Shown here piece by piece: positions 13,805 to 27,030 of a stretch of DNA of 64,000 nucleotides (within the stretch, counting starts at the first letter, position 1; each line of letters begins with the position of its first letter). The DNA comes from Ruditapes philippinarum (lineage: Eukaryota): NCBI RefSeq assembly GCF_026571515.1, contig NW_026859351.1, positions 1-64,000 on the forward strand, in the 5' to 3' direction. The translations under genes and the position numbers were made by a program. The notes beneath the pieces were generated by a model, which was not told the origin of the DNA, made no database searches, and saw nothing but the letters and a program-made list of their open reading frames with translations.

Positions 13805-14182
13805 ATTCATAAAATTTTATATATGTAACTAGTAATGATTTGCAAGGATAACACAAGTTTCAAGTTTAGTATCAAGATTTTCATACTTTACTTTGTCCGC
13901 GTGCATGGAAATTATTTGGTAAAGGGCATGTCTAGACTTAGATCCGTATGTATTACCATACAATAAATGGATTAGGCAAAAAATAGAGAGAAATAAAGAA
14001 CGCAGCCACAATACAAAAGGAAAACATCAATGCTTTGCTTAGAATTTTTATTTTACAAAAAACAAACCATAACAAATAAATTATACACTAACAAAACATA
14101 TAACAATCAATAATTTAATTAATAATCAATTTAGCACATTTTCGAAATGAATCACTTAGAATTGCTGACACCAGGTCTAAGA

Positions 14183-16002
14183 TTAAACTGGAGTTTCTTC
14201 AAGTTTGCCGATACATCGTTTGTCCAAAACTGAATAAATCTGGAATATGAAATAGAGAATGATAATAAATATAAGCACACTAATATGAGTGACATAAAAG
14301 AAATGAATGTAATAACAATCTAATGACACAAATACTTTTATATAGGTGTGAAATTATAAATGTAAAACGCAAAAAATGGATCTTAAAAAAACTCGACTAA
14401 AAAATCACACAAGAACCGTTTAAAATTCATTAATAATGAACTTACCCTATCAAATAATGTTTTGGAAGCTTTATGCTGGCTGTAACATCTTGTAGAAAAG
14501 AGCAGTTTCTCAGCTCTACCGACCTTGATACATCTCTCAACAAAATCTAAACAAGCTTTGATCAGATCTGGTAGCTCAAAATGGGAGGCAGCACAAAATA
14601 AACCTGAAATTCATAAAATCGTATTAAATAAACGTTTCTGTAAACATGCAAAAATATTTGAAATATAGCCATTTCAACCAATAACAGTAAAGTTGCACCT
14701 CTTTTCAAAACGTTAAGGAATTAATGGAATATTCACCATGCCCCCAATGACTTTGCGATTATGATGTTTTGTAATTTCAATAGTTTTTCTATATTCAAGT
14801 AACAGATAGATATTTACCAGCAACTGTTTCCTCGGTGATATTCACAATTCCACAGTGAATAAACTGGACCAACATTCGGAACACCTCAGAATCGTATTTC
14901 TTGACAGGGATGACAAGTCTTTGTGATAATGACCGACCTATTCCAACTGCCTTGCACGTGCTTTTCTTTGACTTCTTGTTACTTTTGGCGTTCCTTTCTT
15001 TGTCAGCAGCTTCCATAGACATATGCTTTAATATCAGTTGATACATAACCCTGAAATAATATATGGATACATTAGATTAATCATTCAAGGCGAGCTTCAA
15101 GTTGTTCATTAAATTACTTTCAATATTAGATTAACGGCTGGGCAAAAATGTTATCCCTGCCAAATGAGTTCACCCCATACCAAAAAGTATAAAATAAAGG
15201 CAAAAAAGTGTACAAATATGGTTAACATGTACATGTACATTTATGTTCTCCATTATCATAATGTTCATGTGTTTACATTGAAATTTCAATTAGAGTTTTC
15301 TTACAATTTAATTATATAGCTACATGTAGTTTAATATTGTTTTAGAATGCATTTTCAGAAAAAAATTCCTTCCTATACCAAACTTTTAGGAAGGGGAAAC
15401 AGTATTCCCCCTAGAAGGCGACAGAAATGAAATTACCTGCTTCGTGTACCCATGATTGCTCGAACTCCGTGCACTGGTACCTCACGCGGTCCAACAACAA
15501 ATGTGACGTCGCACATCTCGGGCATTGCTAAAATTAGTTTCAGGTGTTCTGAGAGCGAATGTGTGCTTCTAAAATTCATGATTTCTTCATCTTTGTTCAT
15601 TGGTAAGAAGTTATTATGACTGTCTTGTAATCTACTGTCAAGGCTGTCACGTGATCCCCAAGAACTGACTGACTCCATATCTGTAGATTCATAGCCCGAC
15701 GAGGAATCTGAAAAAAATATATTAAGAAATGGAAACCACTTATTTAAAACAATAATTAAACTAATTCAGTGTAAACGCGTTAATTAAATATCACAGACAA
15801 ACACGTAAGATATGCATTTAAATGTGTATTTCCACTCTAAACTTAATCAAAAGAGATCATATCGAAATAAAATTTTAATCCTATAAACGCTATAAAACTA
15901 AAATTACGTACCTTCATAATCGTAGTCAAAAGCTTTATTGGCGAACAAATCATCATTTCCAGCAGCGTCCATCAATGGTAGGGTTGAATATGATGATTCC
16001 AT
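14183..16002 (-). CDS. BTB/POZ gprs-like protein, copy 3 (269 aa, intact promoter)
   Basis: Exons 16002-15912, 15707-15437, 15050-14818, 14603-14446 and 14239-14183 are in phase. Confidence 0.9.
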
Positions 16003-16055
16003 GTTGTAGTATTAAATCTATTATACTGCTATTCTTTAATGGCAAGTTCGTAAAT

Positions 16056-16088
16056 GACTGGAGATACTAATTTTGTGTTTTTTATATA
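16056..16088 (-). promoter_or_regulatory. TATA box and Inr-like element of BTB copy 3
   Basis: TATATAAA at 16088-16081; the A of CCAGTC is at 16059 (29-nt spacing). Confidence 0.6.
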
Positions 16089-17013
16089 CGTTTTAATGTT
16101 TCAGCTTACCTTGATCACTTTTTTATCGCCCTGACAGAGCAGTTCTTGTCACTTCATGATATATTGTTATTAGTTACTGGGAGATTTTAGAATAAATCTG
16201 ACGCTCAAAAGTGTGAAAAATAGTTGGTTTGGTCTTTGTTTGTAAATTTTAATGACATTAAAATATAACAACCCTGATATAAGAAGCCTGTTTTTCGCAG
16301 GTTTGTTGTCTTAAATTCTACTTAGAATCTAATGCCATTTTGAAATTTGATTGTAGAAATTAAAGGATAAGTATTTAATTTTATTACTTTATTGCCTATT
16401 GTGCACACAATAATTACAGTTAAAAAGTTTCTGTCAACATGCAGCCAAAGACATATATATTAAGATAATATGGTATATATAGTGTCTCTGATGCAGCCTA
16501 AATTTGTTGCAATATTCATGGAACTAAATATATATAGCTGTGCAATATCTGATCAATAAATTACTAAGGGAGACAGGGAGGTATATTTAGGTTGCTGGTC
16601 GATGCATAGGCTATTTTGCTCAGTGAAAATAATAGATGGAGTGCAAGGCCCCTTCAGCATTATAGCAGTTAATATAAAGTACGATTAAAGAAATCCATCC
16701 CTATAAAAAATGTATGGGGATTTATTTTTTAAACAAACTTTACAGTACTGCTACTATTGATAGGATTTTAAATGTATGGGGATTTATTTTTTAAACAAAC
16801 TTTACAGTACTGCTACTATTGATAGGATTTCTAGTTCCTGTGAAAGTACATCGGATAACTTTTTTTTTTCGTTATAAATACTACTTATAAATATCATATG
16901 TCTGTATAATTCTGGTCCAAAAAAGATGTTTTAATCTATTATTATTATTAACATGACAAATAATAAAACCATTGAATTTACTTTGTTATCGTTTTTCAAA
17001 TAATATCAAAAAA

Positions 17014-17515
17014 TACATTATGATCCATCAGGAAGCTGGAGCAATCTTCTCGGCCCGTTCCGACAAACTTCGGATAAGATTATTATTAAATAGCCGAGAT
17101 ATTTCAATGTGGAAGCTGGAGTAATATATAAATATATATATATAATACATTATGATCCATCAGGAAGCTGGAGCAATCTTCTCGGCCCTTTCCGACAAAC
17201 TTCGGATAATAAGGTTATTATTAAATAGCCGAGATATTTCAATGTGGAAGCTGGAGTAATATATAAATATATATATATAATACATTATGATCCATCAGGA
17301 AGCTGGAGCAATCTTCTCGGCCCTTTCCGACAAACTTCGGATAATAAGGTTATTATTAAATAGCCGAGAAATTTCAATGTGGAAGCTGGAGTAATATATA
17401 AATATATATATATAATACATTATGATCCATCAGGAAGCTGGAGCAATCTTCTCGGCCCTTTCCCACAAACTTCCGATACGGTTTTTATTATTAAATAGCC
17501 GAGATGTTTCAATTA
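17014..17515. repeat. Four-copy tandem array of a 132-135-bp hairpin-containing unit
   Basis: Units start at 17014, 17146, 17281 and 17416. The module is single-copy in the other duplication units. Confidence 0.92.
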
Positions 17516-17940
17516 TGGTTGAATGAGAAAATCTTATTGAGCATCATATCGTTTTGAAGGTCTAATCAAACATACTTGATGCAACTTGGCGTTACTTGAA
17601 TTTGGTTTCTATTATCGCGTTTATAATAATAGATGTGTCTTAGATTTGTATTATGTTTTAAAGCTCGTCTGAGCTTAGCTCACTCATGCATAAGTGCTCA
17701 ATTGTGAGCCTTTGTGGTATCATGATGTGCATCGTATGATATGTGACAAACAATTCTTACTTTATAAGCATATTATGCCCTACAAATGAATAATATTTTC
17801 ATTTATAAGAAAGGGCAAACATGGTTATAGCATTGAAATATGGTTTAGAGCATGTTAACACACTTATTACCTGTAAATATAAGCATTGAATGTGAAAGTA
17901 TGTCATAAAAGTAGCAAAATGTAAACAAAGTGGTATTTTT

Positions 17941-19937
17941 CGCCCATTCTCAATAAAATAAAGCATTTGAGGTTGAAAAATATTAAAAATTTGATGTTGT
18001 CATTGTGTCATTTTTTATCACTGAGTTAAATGTTTAGGGTATTTTGCAAGTTTGCCAGACATATTTTGAACAAGAAACTATGATATAACAGGATGGCATT
18101 TATTTCGGTAATGACACTGTATTTATTCGGTAACGTAGATTTCAGATCTAATAATGTAACATATTGGCTGCATATTAATAACAAATGTCTGTAACATATA
18201 TCAAAATCTGTAAATTCTCTATCTAGAGGGACTTTCTAACCCAGGAAAATTCAAAGAAGTTGGGTACCTTGCTAATTTTCAGTCAGTTTCTTCAAAGTTA
18301 AATATTCGTAGAAAGCAAAAATAGTCAATTTTGAAAATGATTATTTTATGTCTTCATTCAAAGGATATATATCATATACAATATATGAGAGGTCGAATGC
18401 ATACACAATTTTTGTATTAGCAATTTTTTTTCTCAAAATATTCAACTTTCCACTTTCTTAATATTTGGAAAATTTAGTACTAAACAGTTCGATATTTATC
18501 CCCATATAGGATGTCACGTATGTTTCATTTTATTCAAATGCAAGTAAAGGTTGAAAAAAACAATTATATTTTTTGTAAAATAATTTATATTTATGGATAT
18601 TATTTTAACATTATTATATATAGAATGAAATACGGCAGTAAGCTCTTTGCAGAAAACGAATTAGTTGTTGCTGAGAACATCAATATCTTGTAATATATTT
18701 TTAACATTTTCTGCTGGTACATCAACATATTATTAACATATCTTTCCTTTGTAAAAACAATTTTGTGTCTTCTTACATCTAATACAAGGTAACCGTTATT
18801 AACAGGCATGCTAATCCCAACTTTATCTTTAATTTTCAAAAATTGTTGAATTGTAAGTTGGAGTAACGTATGTTTCACACTCGCTTATTTATGAACTTTA
18901 TCACGGAATTTAAACTTACATGTAAAATCGACTTTTTTATTTTGGAATCAAATGCACATCATTCTATTGTCATAAAAATGCGATTTTATGTTTTTATATA
19001 TGCATGTGTAAACAATATAAAGTCTGTTTGATAAAAGTAACGTTTGTTTCACTGTGGTTACTTAAACAAGTAAAAACACGACTAAAGTTAACAAAATTTA
19101 CTTACTAATGTCAAATAGAAGTTAATGTTGATGTTATACGTGCTTTCTGACTTCAATTTCCCTTTTGATAAACTTACTTTAAAAAGTTGATAACGTATGT
19201 TTCTGTAACGTATGTTTCATTTTTTACATTGAAAGTGGGTTAAAAATGACGCAAGACCGTTAAAGCCGCCATAATTTGTGGTTAATATATCAGAGTTACA
19301 CACATGTTAATATTCTTTCTTGTTTGGATTCTTCTTTGAATGGATTGGCTCTTAAATAATGGTAACGTATGTTTCTTTTTAAAGTGCTGTTGAAAAGATT
19401 TGAATAAAAAATGAAAATTTCCGAAAATAGAATAAATTTGAGAGGCTGCAAGCTTATTTTTACTTATAATTATATATATGCTGTATTATTAAGCATGCAT
19501 CAATTCAATTATGTAATTTGGGTTTCACTTCTTATTGTTTTAGGTTTGTCACTTTTTATTTATATGCATTTGGCGACATTTGATCATTCATTATACCAAT
19601 GAGATTTTAACAGTCAAATATAATTTTTACCAATAATCAAAGTGCATATACACACAGCAATGACTTATTGCACATGTTTCGTTTATTCTGGAACTTATTT
19701 TTCTGAAACACAATTTCAAAGTTGAAAATTCTAGGTGGCGACAGTAACGTATGTTACATTTTAGGGCATTAATGGTACTTGTAAAAGAAAAATAACAGAT
19801 AGAAATGTAAAACTAAGAGTGTCCCTATTAGACAAAGTGGCAGCCACCTTTCTAACGACATTTTGACCTCAAGAAAAACCTGGGTATAAGAGCTACCCAG
19901 TGGAACATCAAATGCTGTGTTTTATTGAGAATGAGCG
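17941..19937. mobile_element. Non-autonomous DNA transposon (~2.0 kb, ~30-bp TIRs, TTTT TSD) nested in a Kolobok-like MITE
   Basis: CGCCCATTCTCAATAAAATAAAGCATTTGA / TCAAATGCTGTGTTTTATTGAGAATGAGCG. Empty site GGTATTTTTACTTCC at ~7042. Superfamily unresolved. Confidence 0.85.
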
Positions 19938-21385
19938 TTTTACTTCCATACAAAATACTTAATCACAACCGTATTATACAATTCATTTCAAAAATGCAAA
20001 AGATGGTTTAGGTGACTTTTTTGGAAACTAAAACCAGACACCAAAAATAAAGGCATTTCTGAGGCATAACGGGCTTTTTTAAAACAACATTTTTTTCCTT
20101 AACCACTTTCCTTATTTTACTTAGGAATGATCCTTAGATGAACCTCTTTGAAATTAGTATGGCACAAGAAGTTAAAAAAAATCTAATCATATATAAATTA
20201 TACTACAAGGGTATTAGTCGGCCAAACCAAATCACTGAGGTTACACAGACTTACATAAAGAGAAACACATTGTGTAAACTGCTTGGCCTTAGTTTATACA
20301 GAATTTATTTTTGCTCAATTGTATTTGAAGCAATAAGTTTATTGATACACTAGAATCAGTTCTGGAACAAACCAGTACTCAACAATAAGCGTATAGTTCC
20401 TTGTTCATCTAGTTAGCAATTTAACATATAGTGTATGCATTAATACATATAAACTAATAAGTTACATTTAATTCATAAATATCAGATTGCATGTATATAT
20501 CCATTTGAAGATCATTCTTACCTAAGTCATATCGATTCTTTGTAAAATAGAGACTAGCAGACTCACTAAAATGTCCAAAACGGTAAAATCAAAAGCTGTA
20601 GACTCTGTTTGATTGAGCCTATTCATAGACGGTAGTGGCAAGTACACGGTACCGTCCACGCACTACCCCAGCACCGGCTTATGCAAAATTCACGAGAATC
20701 AGCTTGTGAAGGGTTAACTCGTCGCATATTCAATAATGCTGGAAACACCATAAGTTCATATTCTATCTAGTTCGAGAAGGCATGAAGTGACGTATAAAAA
20801 CGCCCTTTGTCTATTTCATTTTCTCAGACAATAACGCTGAGAAACTTTGTTACAATTTTGAGTAAGACGTACTCCATACAAAATTTGACTTAATTCATCA
20901 AATTTTCCCAAGAAGTGTAACTAGTAATGAATGCTTTGCAAGAATAACAAGTTTCAAGTTTAGTATTAGTTAAGATTTTCATTCTGTCTACTTTACTTTG
21001 TCCACGTGCATCGAAATTATTTGGTAAAGGGCATGTCATGCATGTGTTGAAACTGGTCCTTGACCAATTCAGTAGAATGGCGGTGAATTGATTTTCTGTT
21101 CTTTGTAATGATGAACATTGAGCGCTGAATCTGAGTTCTACTTAATTTCATCAAGCTTTAAAGAATACCATGTGTTGTGTATTAGCATGCAATAAATGGA
21201 TTCGACAATCCACAATACAAAAGGAAAACATCAATTTTTGTTTTAGAATTTTTATTTTACAACAATAACCATTGTAAATATATTATACTGTAACAAAAAG
21301 TAAAGCAATAGCAATCAATAATTTAAAATTAATAACCAATTTAGCACATTTTCAAAATGTATCAATGTATTGCTGACGTCTCAGT

Positions 21386-21696
21386 TTAAACTGTAGTTTC
21401 TTCAAGTTTGGCGATACATCGTTTGTCCAACACTGAATAAATCTGGAATATAAAATAAAGAACGATAAGCACACTAGATTGACAATAGAGAAATTAATGT
21501 AATAACAATCTAATAACACAAACACATGTTTTATTTGAATTTTATTTATGTGAATAATTATAAAGGTAAAACGCAACAAAAGTCTTTTAAAACAAAAACT
21601 CGATTAAAAATCACACCAAGAACCGTTTAAAAATGTCATAAAAGTGAACCTACCCTATGAAATAATGTTTTGGAAGCTTGATGTTGACTGTAACAT
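21386..21696 (-). pseudogene. Relic BTB copy: exon 5 and the 3' end of exon 4 only
   Basis: 21442-21386 translates to IYSVLDKRCIAKLEETTV*. Exon-4 homology stops at 21696. Confidence 0.85.
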
Positions 21697-22941
21697 AATG
21701 AAATAATGATCAAATACCGGTAGACATAATTTCACATTTTGCCAATTTCATCAGGGACTATATTGTACCAATAATATTTATCTTCTTTTGCACATGCTGT
21801 ACAAAGTTTTATTTTTTATTTCTTTGTATAAATGGAAAGAAAAATGGCAGCTTTTGGGTAGCTAGTTGTGTTTAGATTAAGTAAAATAATTGTTTTTTGC
21901 TATAGATTTGTTTTGCAGTATGGTTTTCTGAAACTATAAACATGGTAGATGCTTTGAAATAAAATTTATTCAGGATAAAATTAAGAATACTCCCTATCCC
22001 TATAATACCTCAGAGGTGAGACGTTCTTGCCACATGTTTTGATATTAATTTCAGTAATAAATTACAAATATTGCTTCCAGTAGAATATAAACTGGCTTTA
22101 ATGCATTTAAATACTTGGGCTTGTTCATTGATTCTTTAAAGAGAAGAATTACACAAGCCCTTAAACCATGCCACTAGTTTTATTTACAATATTTTTGTTT
22201 TTCAAATGTTGTTGATGAAACATAATGTTGTTTTACAACAGGTCGATCTTATTACCATAAAGATAAAAAAAAATGATTTATTCGCATGTTTTATTATTTT
22301 GATTTGATAACGCTTACAATGTATAATTATTAATGGTTCTATTACACTGCATTTTATTTGTACCCTGTCCATCATGAAGCTGGAGCAATCTTCTCGGCCC
22401 TTTCCCACAAAAACCCTCGAGTAAGGTTATTATTGATAATAGCTGAGATGTTCCAATTGGAAACTGGAGTAATGCAAGAATGAGAAAATCCTATTAAACA
22501 TCAATAGAGAAAAACAGAATCCCTAAAGAAAGCCCAACACAGCAAAATTGAAAATGTTGTAGACTGCTTAGCTCGCATAAGTCTCGGTTGCGAGCTTTTG
22601 AAGTTTGAAAGTATGTCTTAAAAGTAGAAAAATGTAAATAACACTTAATTCATCAATATCAGATTGCATGTAAAACATCCATTTGAAAACCTAAGTAATA
22701 TCAATTCTCAATAAAATATAGACTAAAAGTAACAGACTCACTAAAAACGGTAAAATTAAAAGGGCTCTGTTTGACTGAGCTGATTTATGGACGGCAGGGG
22801 CAAGGACAAGTTACTGGCTACGCCCCTAGCACCGGCTTAAGCAGAATTCACGAGAATCAGCTTGTTTAGGGTCTCGTCGCATATTTCATCAAGCTGGAAA
22901 CACCATAAGTTCATATCTAGTTCGAGGAGGCATGAATGTGG

Positions 22942-23005
22942 CATCGTCGGATACCCACGATTGATTTAACATGTTACATGGTTCGGCCGTGGGTATCCGA
23001 CGATG
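22942..23005. mobile_element. 64-bp MITE, 18-bp perfect TIRs, 8-bp TSD (P/hAT-like)
   Basis: CATCGTCGGATACCCACG inverted; TSD GAATGTGG at 22934-41 and 23006-13. Confidence 0.88.
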
Positions 23006-23265
23006 GAATGTGGAGGAAATAAAGATATAATTATATTATTATTATGACGTATAAAGACGCCATTTGTCTATTTCATTTTGAATTTCTCTGACAATAACGC
23101 AGACAGCATTATGTACTCCATAGAAGTGCCTTCTTTTTTTTCATTAATTTTTTCAAAGAAATATAACTAGTAATGATTTGCACGGATAATAGTTTAGTAT
23201 CAAGTTTGCCAGATTTCATTCTTTCTACTTTTCTTTGTCACGTGCATCGAAAGTTGACTTTTGAC

Positions 23266-23501
23266 CACAGGCACGAGTATCGGACCTGGGAAAAAAAATA
23301 TGACCAGATTGATAAAAAAAAACCTGTGTTCATCTTAAAAGTGTAAAAAAAAAAAATGTAAATAATAAGTTAACTTATAGTATATTTTTAAAGGGGGCCA
23401 TTATTTACATTTTTTTTTTTTACACTTTTAAGATGAACACAGTTTTTTTTTTATCAATCTGGTCATATTTTTTCTTCCCAGGTCCGATACTCGTGCCTGT
23501 G
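23266..23501. mobile_element. 236-bp foldback MITE, 8-bp TSD
   Basis: ~100-bp arms starting CACAGGCACGAGTATCGGACCTGGGA; TSD CTTTTGAC at 23258-65 and 23502-09. Confidence 0.92.
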
Positions 23502-23908
23502 CTTTTGACAAGTAAAGTGGGTAAAGGGCGGGTGTTGAAACTGGTCAATTCAATAAAATGGTCGTGAATAGATACCATTTTTTTGTTATGGTTTATATGT
23601 ATTTGTTCAGTGAGCGCTGAATCTGAGACTTGCTACATTTGATCAAGTTTTAACGAATATAATGTGTTGAAAAAAAAACACTTTATTGTCTTGGGTCCCT
23701 ATATATTACAATACAATAAACGGATTCGACAAGCCACTATACAAAAGAAAAAAGTCAATGTTTGTTTTAGAATTTTTATTTCACAATAACAAACCATAAC
23801 AAAAATATATACACTAACAAAAAATATAACAATCAATAATTCAATTAATAATCAATTTAGCACATTTTCAAAACTAATCACTTTGTATTGCTGTAACCAG
23901 GTCCGAGA

Positions 23909-25715
23909 TTAAACTGGAGTTACGTCAAGTTTGGCGATACATCGTTTGTCCAACACTGAATAAATCTGGAATATAAAATAAAGAATAATAAGCACACCAG
24001 ATTGACAATGATGGAAACGTTAAAACACAAAGACATGTTTTATTTGAATTTTATTGAAGTGAAGTGTTATGTAATTATAAATGTAAAACGAAAAAAAAAA
24101 AAGATCTTTTAAAACAAAAAATCGACTAATCACACAAGAACCGTTTAAAATTTATTAAAGTGTGAACTTACCCTATCAAATAATGTTTTGGAAGCTTTAT
24201 GCTGGCTGTAACATCTTGTAGAAAAGAGCAGTTTCTCAGCTCTACCGACCTTGATACATCTCTCAACAAAATCTAAACAAGCTTTGCTCAGATCTGGTAG
24301 CTCAAAATGGGAGGCAGCACAAAATAAACCTGAAATTCATAAAAACATTAATGTTATTACAAATGCAAATATCTGAAGTATTTCAGTAAAGTTGCAGCTT
24401 TTTTGCAAACGGTACAAACTTATCATGGCAATTGACCCTTTACTTTTGCAATTACAAGTATAAGTATTGTTATTTCAATTATTTATTCAATATTTATTTA
24501 TTTCAATTGGTATTCAAGTATCAGTATCAGATAGATATTTACCAGCAACTGTTTCCTCGGTGATATTCACAATTCCACAGTGAATAAACTGGACCAACAT
24601 TCGGAACACCTCAGAATCGTATTTCTTGACAAGGATAACAAGTCTTTGTGATAATGACCGACCTATTCCAACTGCCTTGCACGTGCTTTTCTTTGACTTC
24701 TTGTTACTTTTGGCGTTTCCTTTCTTTGTCAGCAGCTTCCATAGACATATGCTTTAATATCAGTTTGATACATAACCCCTGAAATAGTATATGGGATACA
24801 TTAGATTAATCATTCAAGACGAGCTCCAAGCCGTTCATTTTAAATTACTTTTTAATATTAGATTAACGGCTGCCAAAATGAGTTCACCCCATACCAAAAA
24901 GTATAAATATAAAGGGGGAAAAAGAAAATGGTACTTAGTGGTTAAACATGTACATGTACTAGTTCTCCATAATCATTTAATGCTCATGTGTTAACATTGA
25001 AATTTCAATTAGAGTTTTCTTACAATTTAATTATTTAGCTACATGTAGTTTAATATTGTTTTTAGAATGCCATTTTCGTAAAAAAAAAACTCCTTCCTAT
25101 ACCAAAAGGAAGGGGGAAACAGTTTTCCCCCTAGAAGGCGACATAAATGAAATTACCTGCTTCGTGTACCCATGATTGCGCGAACTCCGTGCACTGGTAC
25201 TTCACGTGGTCCAACAACAAACGTGACGTCGCACATCTCGGGCATTGCTAAAATTAGTTTCAGGTGTTCTGAGAGCGGATGTGTGCTTCTAAAATTCATA
25301 ATTTCTTCATCTTTGTTCATTGGTAAGAAGTTATTATGACTGTCGTGTAATCTACTGTCAAGGCTGTCACGTGATCCCCAAGAACTGACTGACTCCATAT
25401 CTGTAGATTCATAGCCCGACGAGGAATCTGAAAAAGAGGAGATTGAAACCACTTATTTAAAATAATACTTAAAATAATATTCCGTGTAAATTCGTTAACT
25501 AAATATCGAAGAAAAACACGTAAGAAATGCATTTAAATGTGTATGTCCATTCTAAACTTATTCAAAAGAAATCATATCGAAAAATTATTTTAATTATATA
25601 GACGCTATAAAAAAAATTACGTACCTTCATAATCGTAATCATAGGCTTTATTGGCGAACAAATCCTCATTTCCAGCAGCGTCCATCAATGGTAGGGTTGT
25701 ATGTGATGAATCCAT
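23909..25715 (-). CDS. BTB/POZ gprs-like protein, copy 4 (most diverged; three +1 indels in exon 3)
   Basis: Exons 25715-25625, 25427-25157, 24778-24543 (236 vs 233 nt), 24329-24172 and 23965-23909, ending KLDVTPV*. TATA at 25802-25795. Confidence 0.8.
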
Positions 25716-27030
25716 GTTGAAGTATTAGATTTATTGTACTGTTGTTCTCTTTAATGGCAAGTTCGTAAATGACTGAATATACTAATTTTGTGTTTTTATA
25801 TACGTTTAAATGTTCCAGCTTACCTTGATCACTTTTTTATCGACCTGACAGAGCAGTTCTTGTCATTTCATGATATATTGATCTTTTTAGTTACTGGGAG
25901 ATTTTAGAATAAATCTGACGCGCGAAAGTGTGAAAAATACATGTAACGGTTGGTTTGACCTTTTGTTTGTGAATTTTAATGACATTAAAATATAGTATAC
26001 AATCTTAATACAAGAAGCATGTTTTTCGCAGGTTTGTTGTTTTTTTTTAGAATCTAATGCCATTTAGAAATTTGATTATAGAAATTATTAAAGGATAAGT
26101 ATTTAATTTTATTACTTTGTTGCTCATTTTTGCACGCAATTATTACAATAATTTTCGTATTTATATAAAGTTTCTGTCAACATGAAGCCAGAGACATAGA
26201 ATAAGATAATATGGTATATAGTGTTAACCTGCGTATGTTCCAGTGTTAACTTATTACATTATTTATCAATATATCGATAAATCACAAAAATAGTTTGATA
26301 TTCAGTGTACGCCCTATATAGGTGGGGACAGGGAGGTATAATAGAGGATTGGTTATTTTTCTCAGTAGAAAGAAAATAGATGGCGAGCAGGACCCTAGTT
26401 CCTGTAAAGTCCAGTTCCCTATAAAAAGTATTGGGATATATTTTTAATTGAAGTTTACAGTACTGCTACTACACAGGCCTTAATCTGCCAAGGGAGACAA
26501 ACGCCGCGAACAATGGGAGACAAGTCAAACTTATTTGTTAAACTTAATTTGATTGGTCTATTTTCTTATTGTTACCCAATCGAAATTCAGTTTGCATGAC
26601 AACGTGAACTATCTTGCTCGTAAACATCTCTGTGCATGTTTTTCGTTTTATTTTGACAACCTGACTTCATTTGACCAGTATTTCATAGGATATTTGAAGT
26701 GAAACTATCGAATAAGGTAAAGAAACTTACTTTTCCCTTATTAGCGTGAAACCAGTTTATTTCGGTGAATGACTAAATCAATAATTTGACAGTTCAAGAA
26801 TTTTCTAGAACAGTAGAACTAGAAGTTAAATTCCTTCTATTGAACATAATTTGTTAGTATAGCTAAGTATTTTTGTGTCATACACAAAAAACTGACAAGC
26901 AGCTAAGTAAACTTTAGATAACCAGGTCAAACTTGTGTTTGATAATAATCAGTGATAATGTGTTATTTCTGTGATTAATCTTAATCAGTTAATGACATTG
27001 TTTTGAATTTGATTAGAATTTAGCCAGATC

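Noticed and set aside
17014-17515. Hammerhead/retrozyme reading of the 135-bp array
   Set aside because: The minus strand has CTGATGG rather than CTGATGA, and I could not build a three-way junction.
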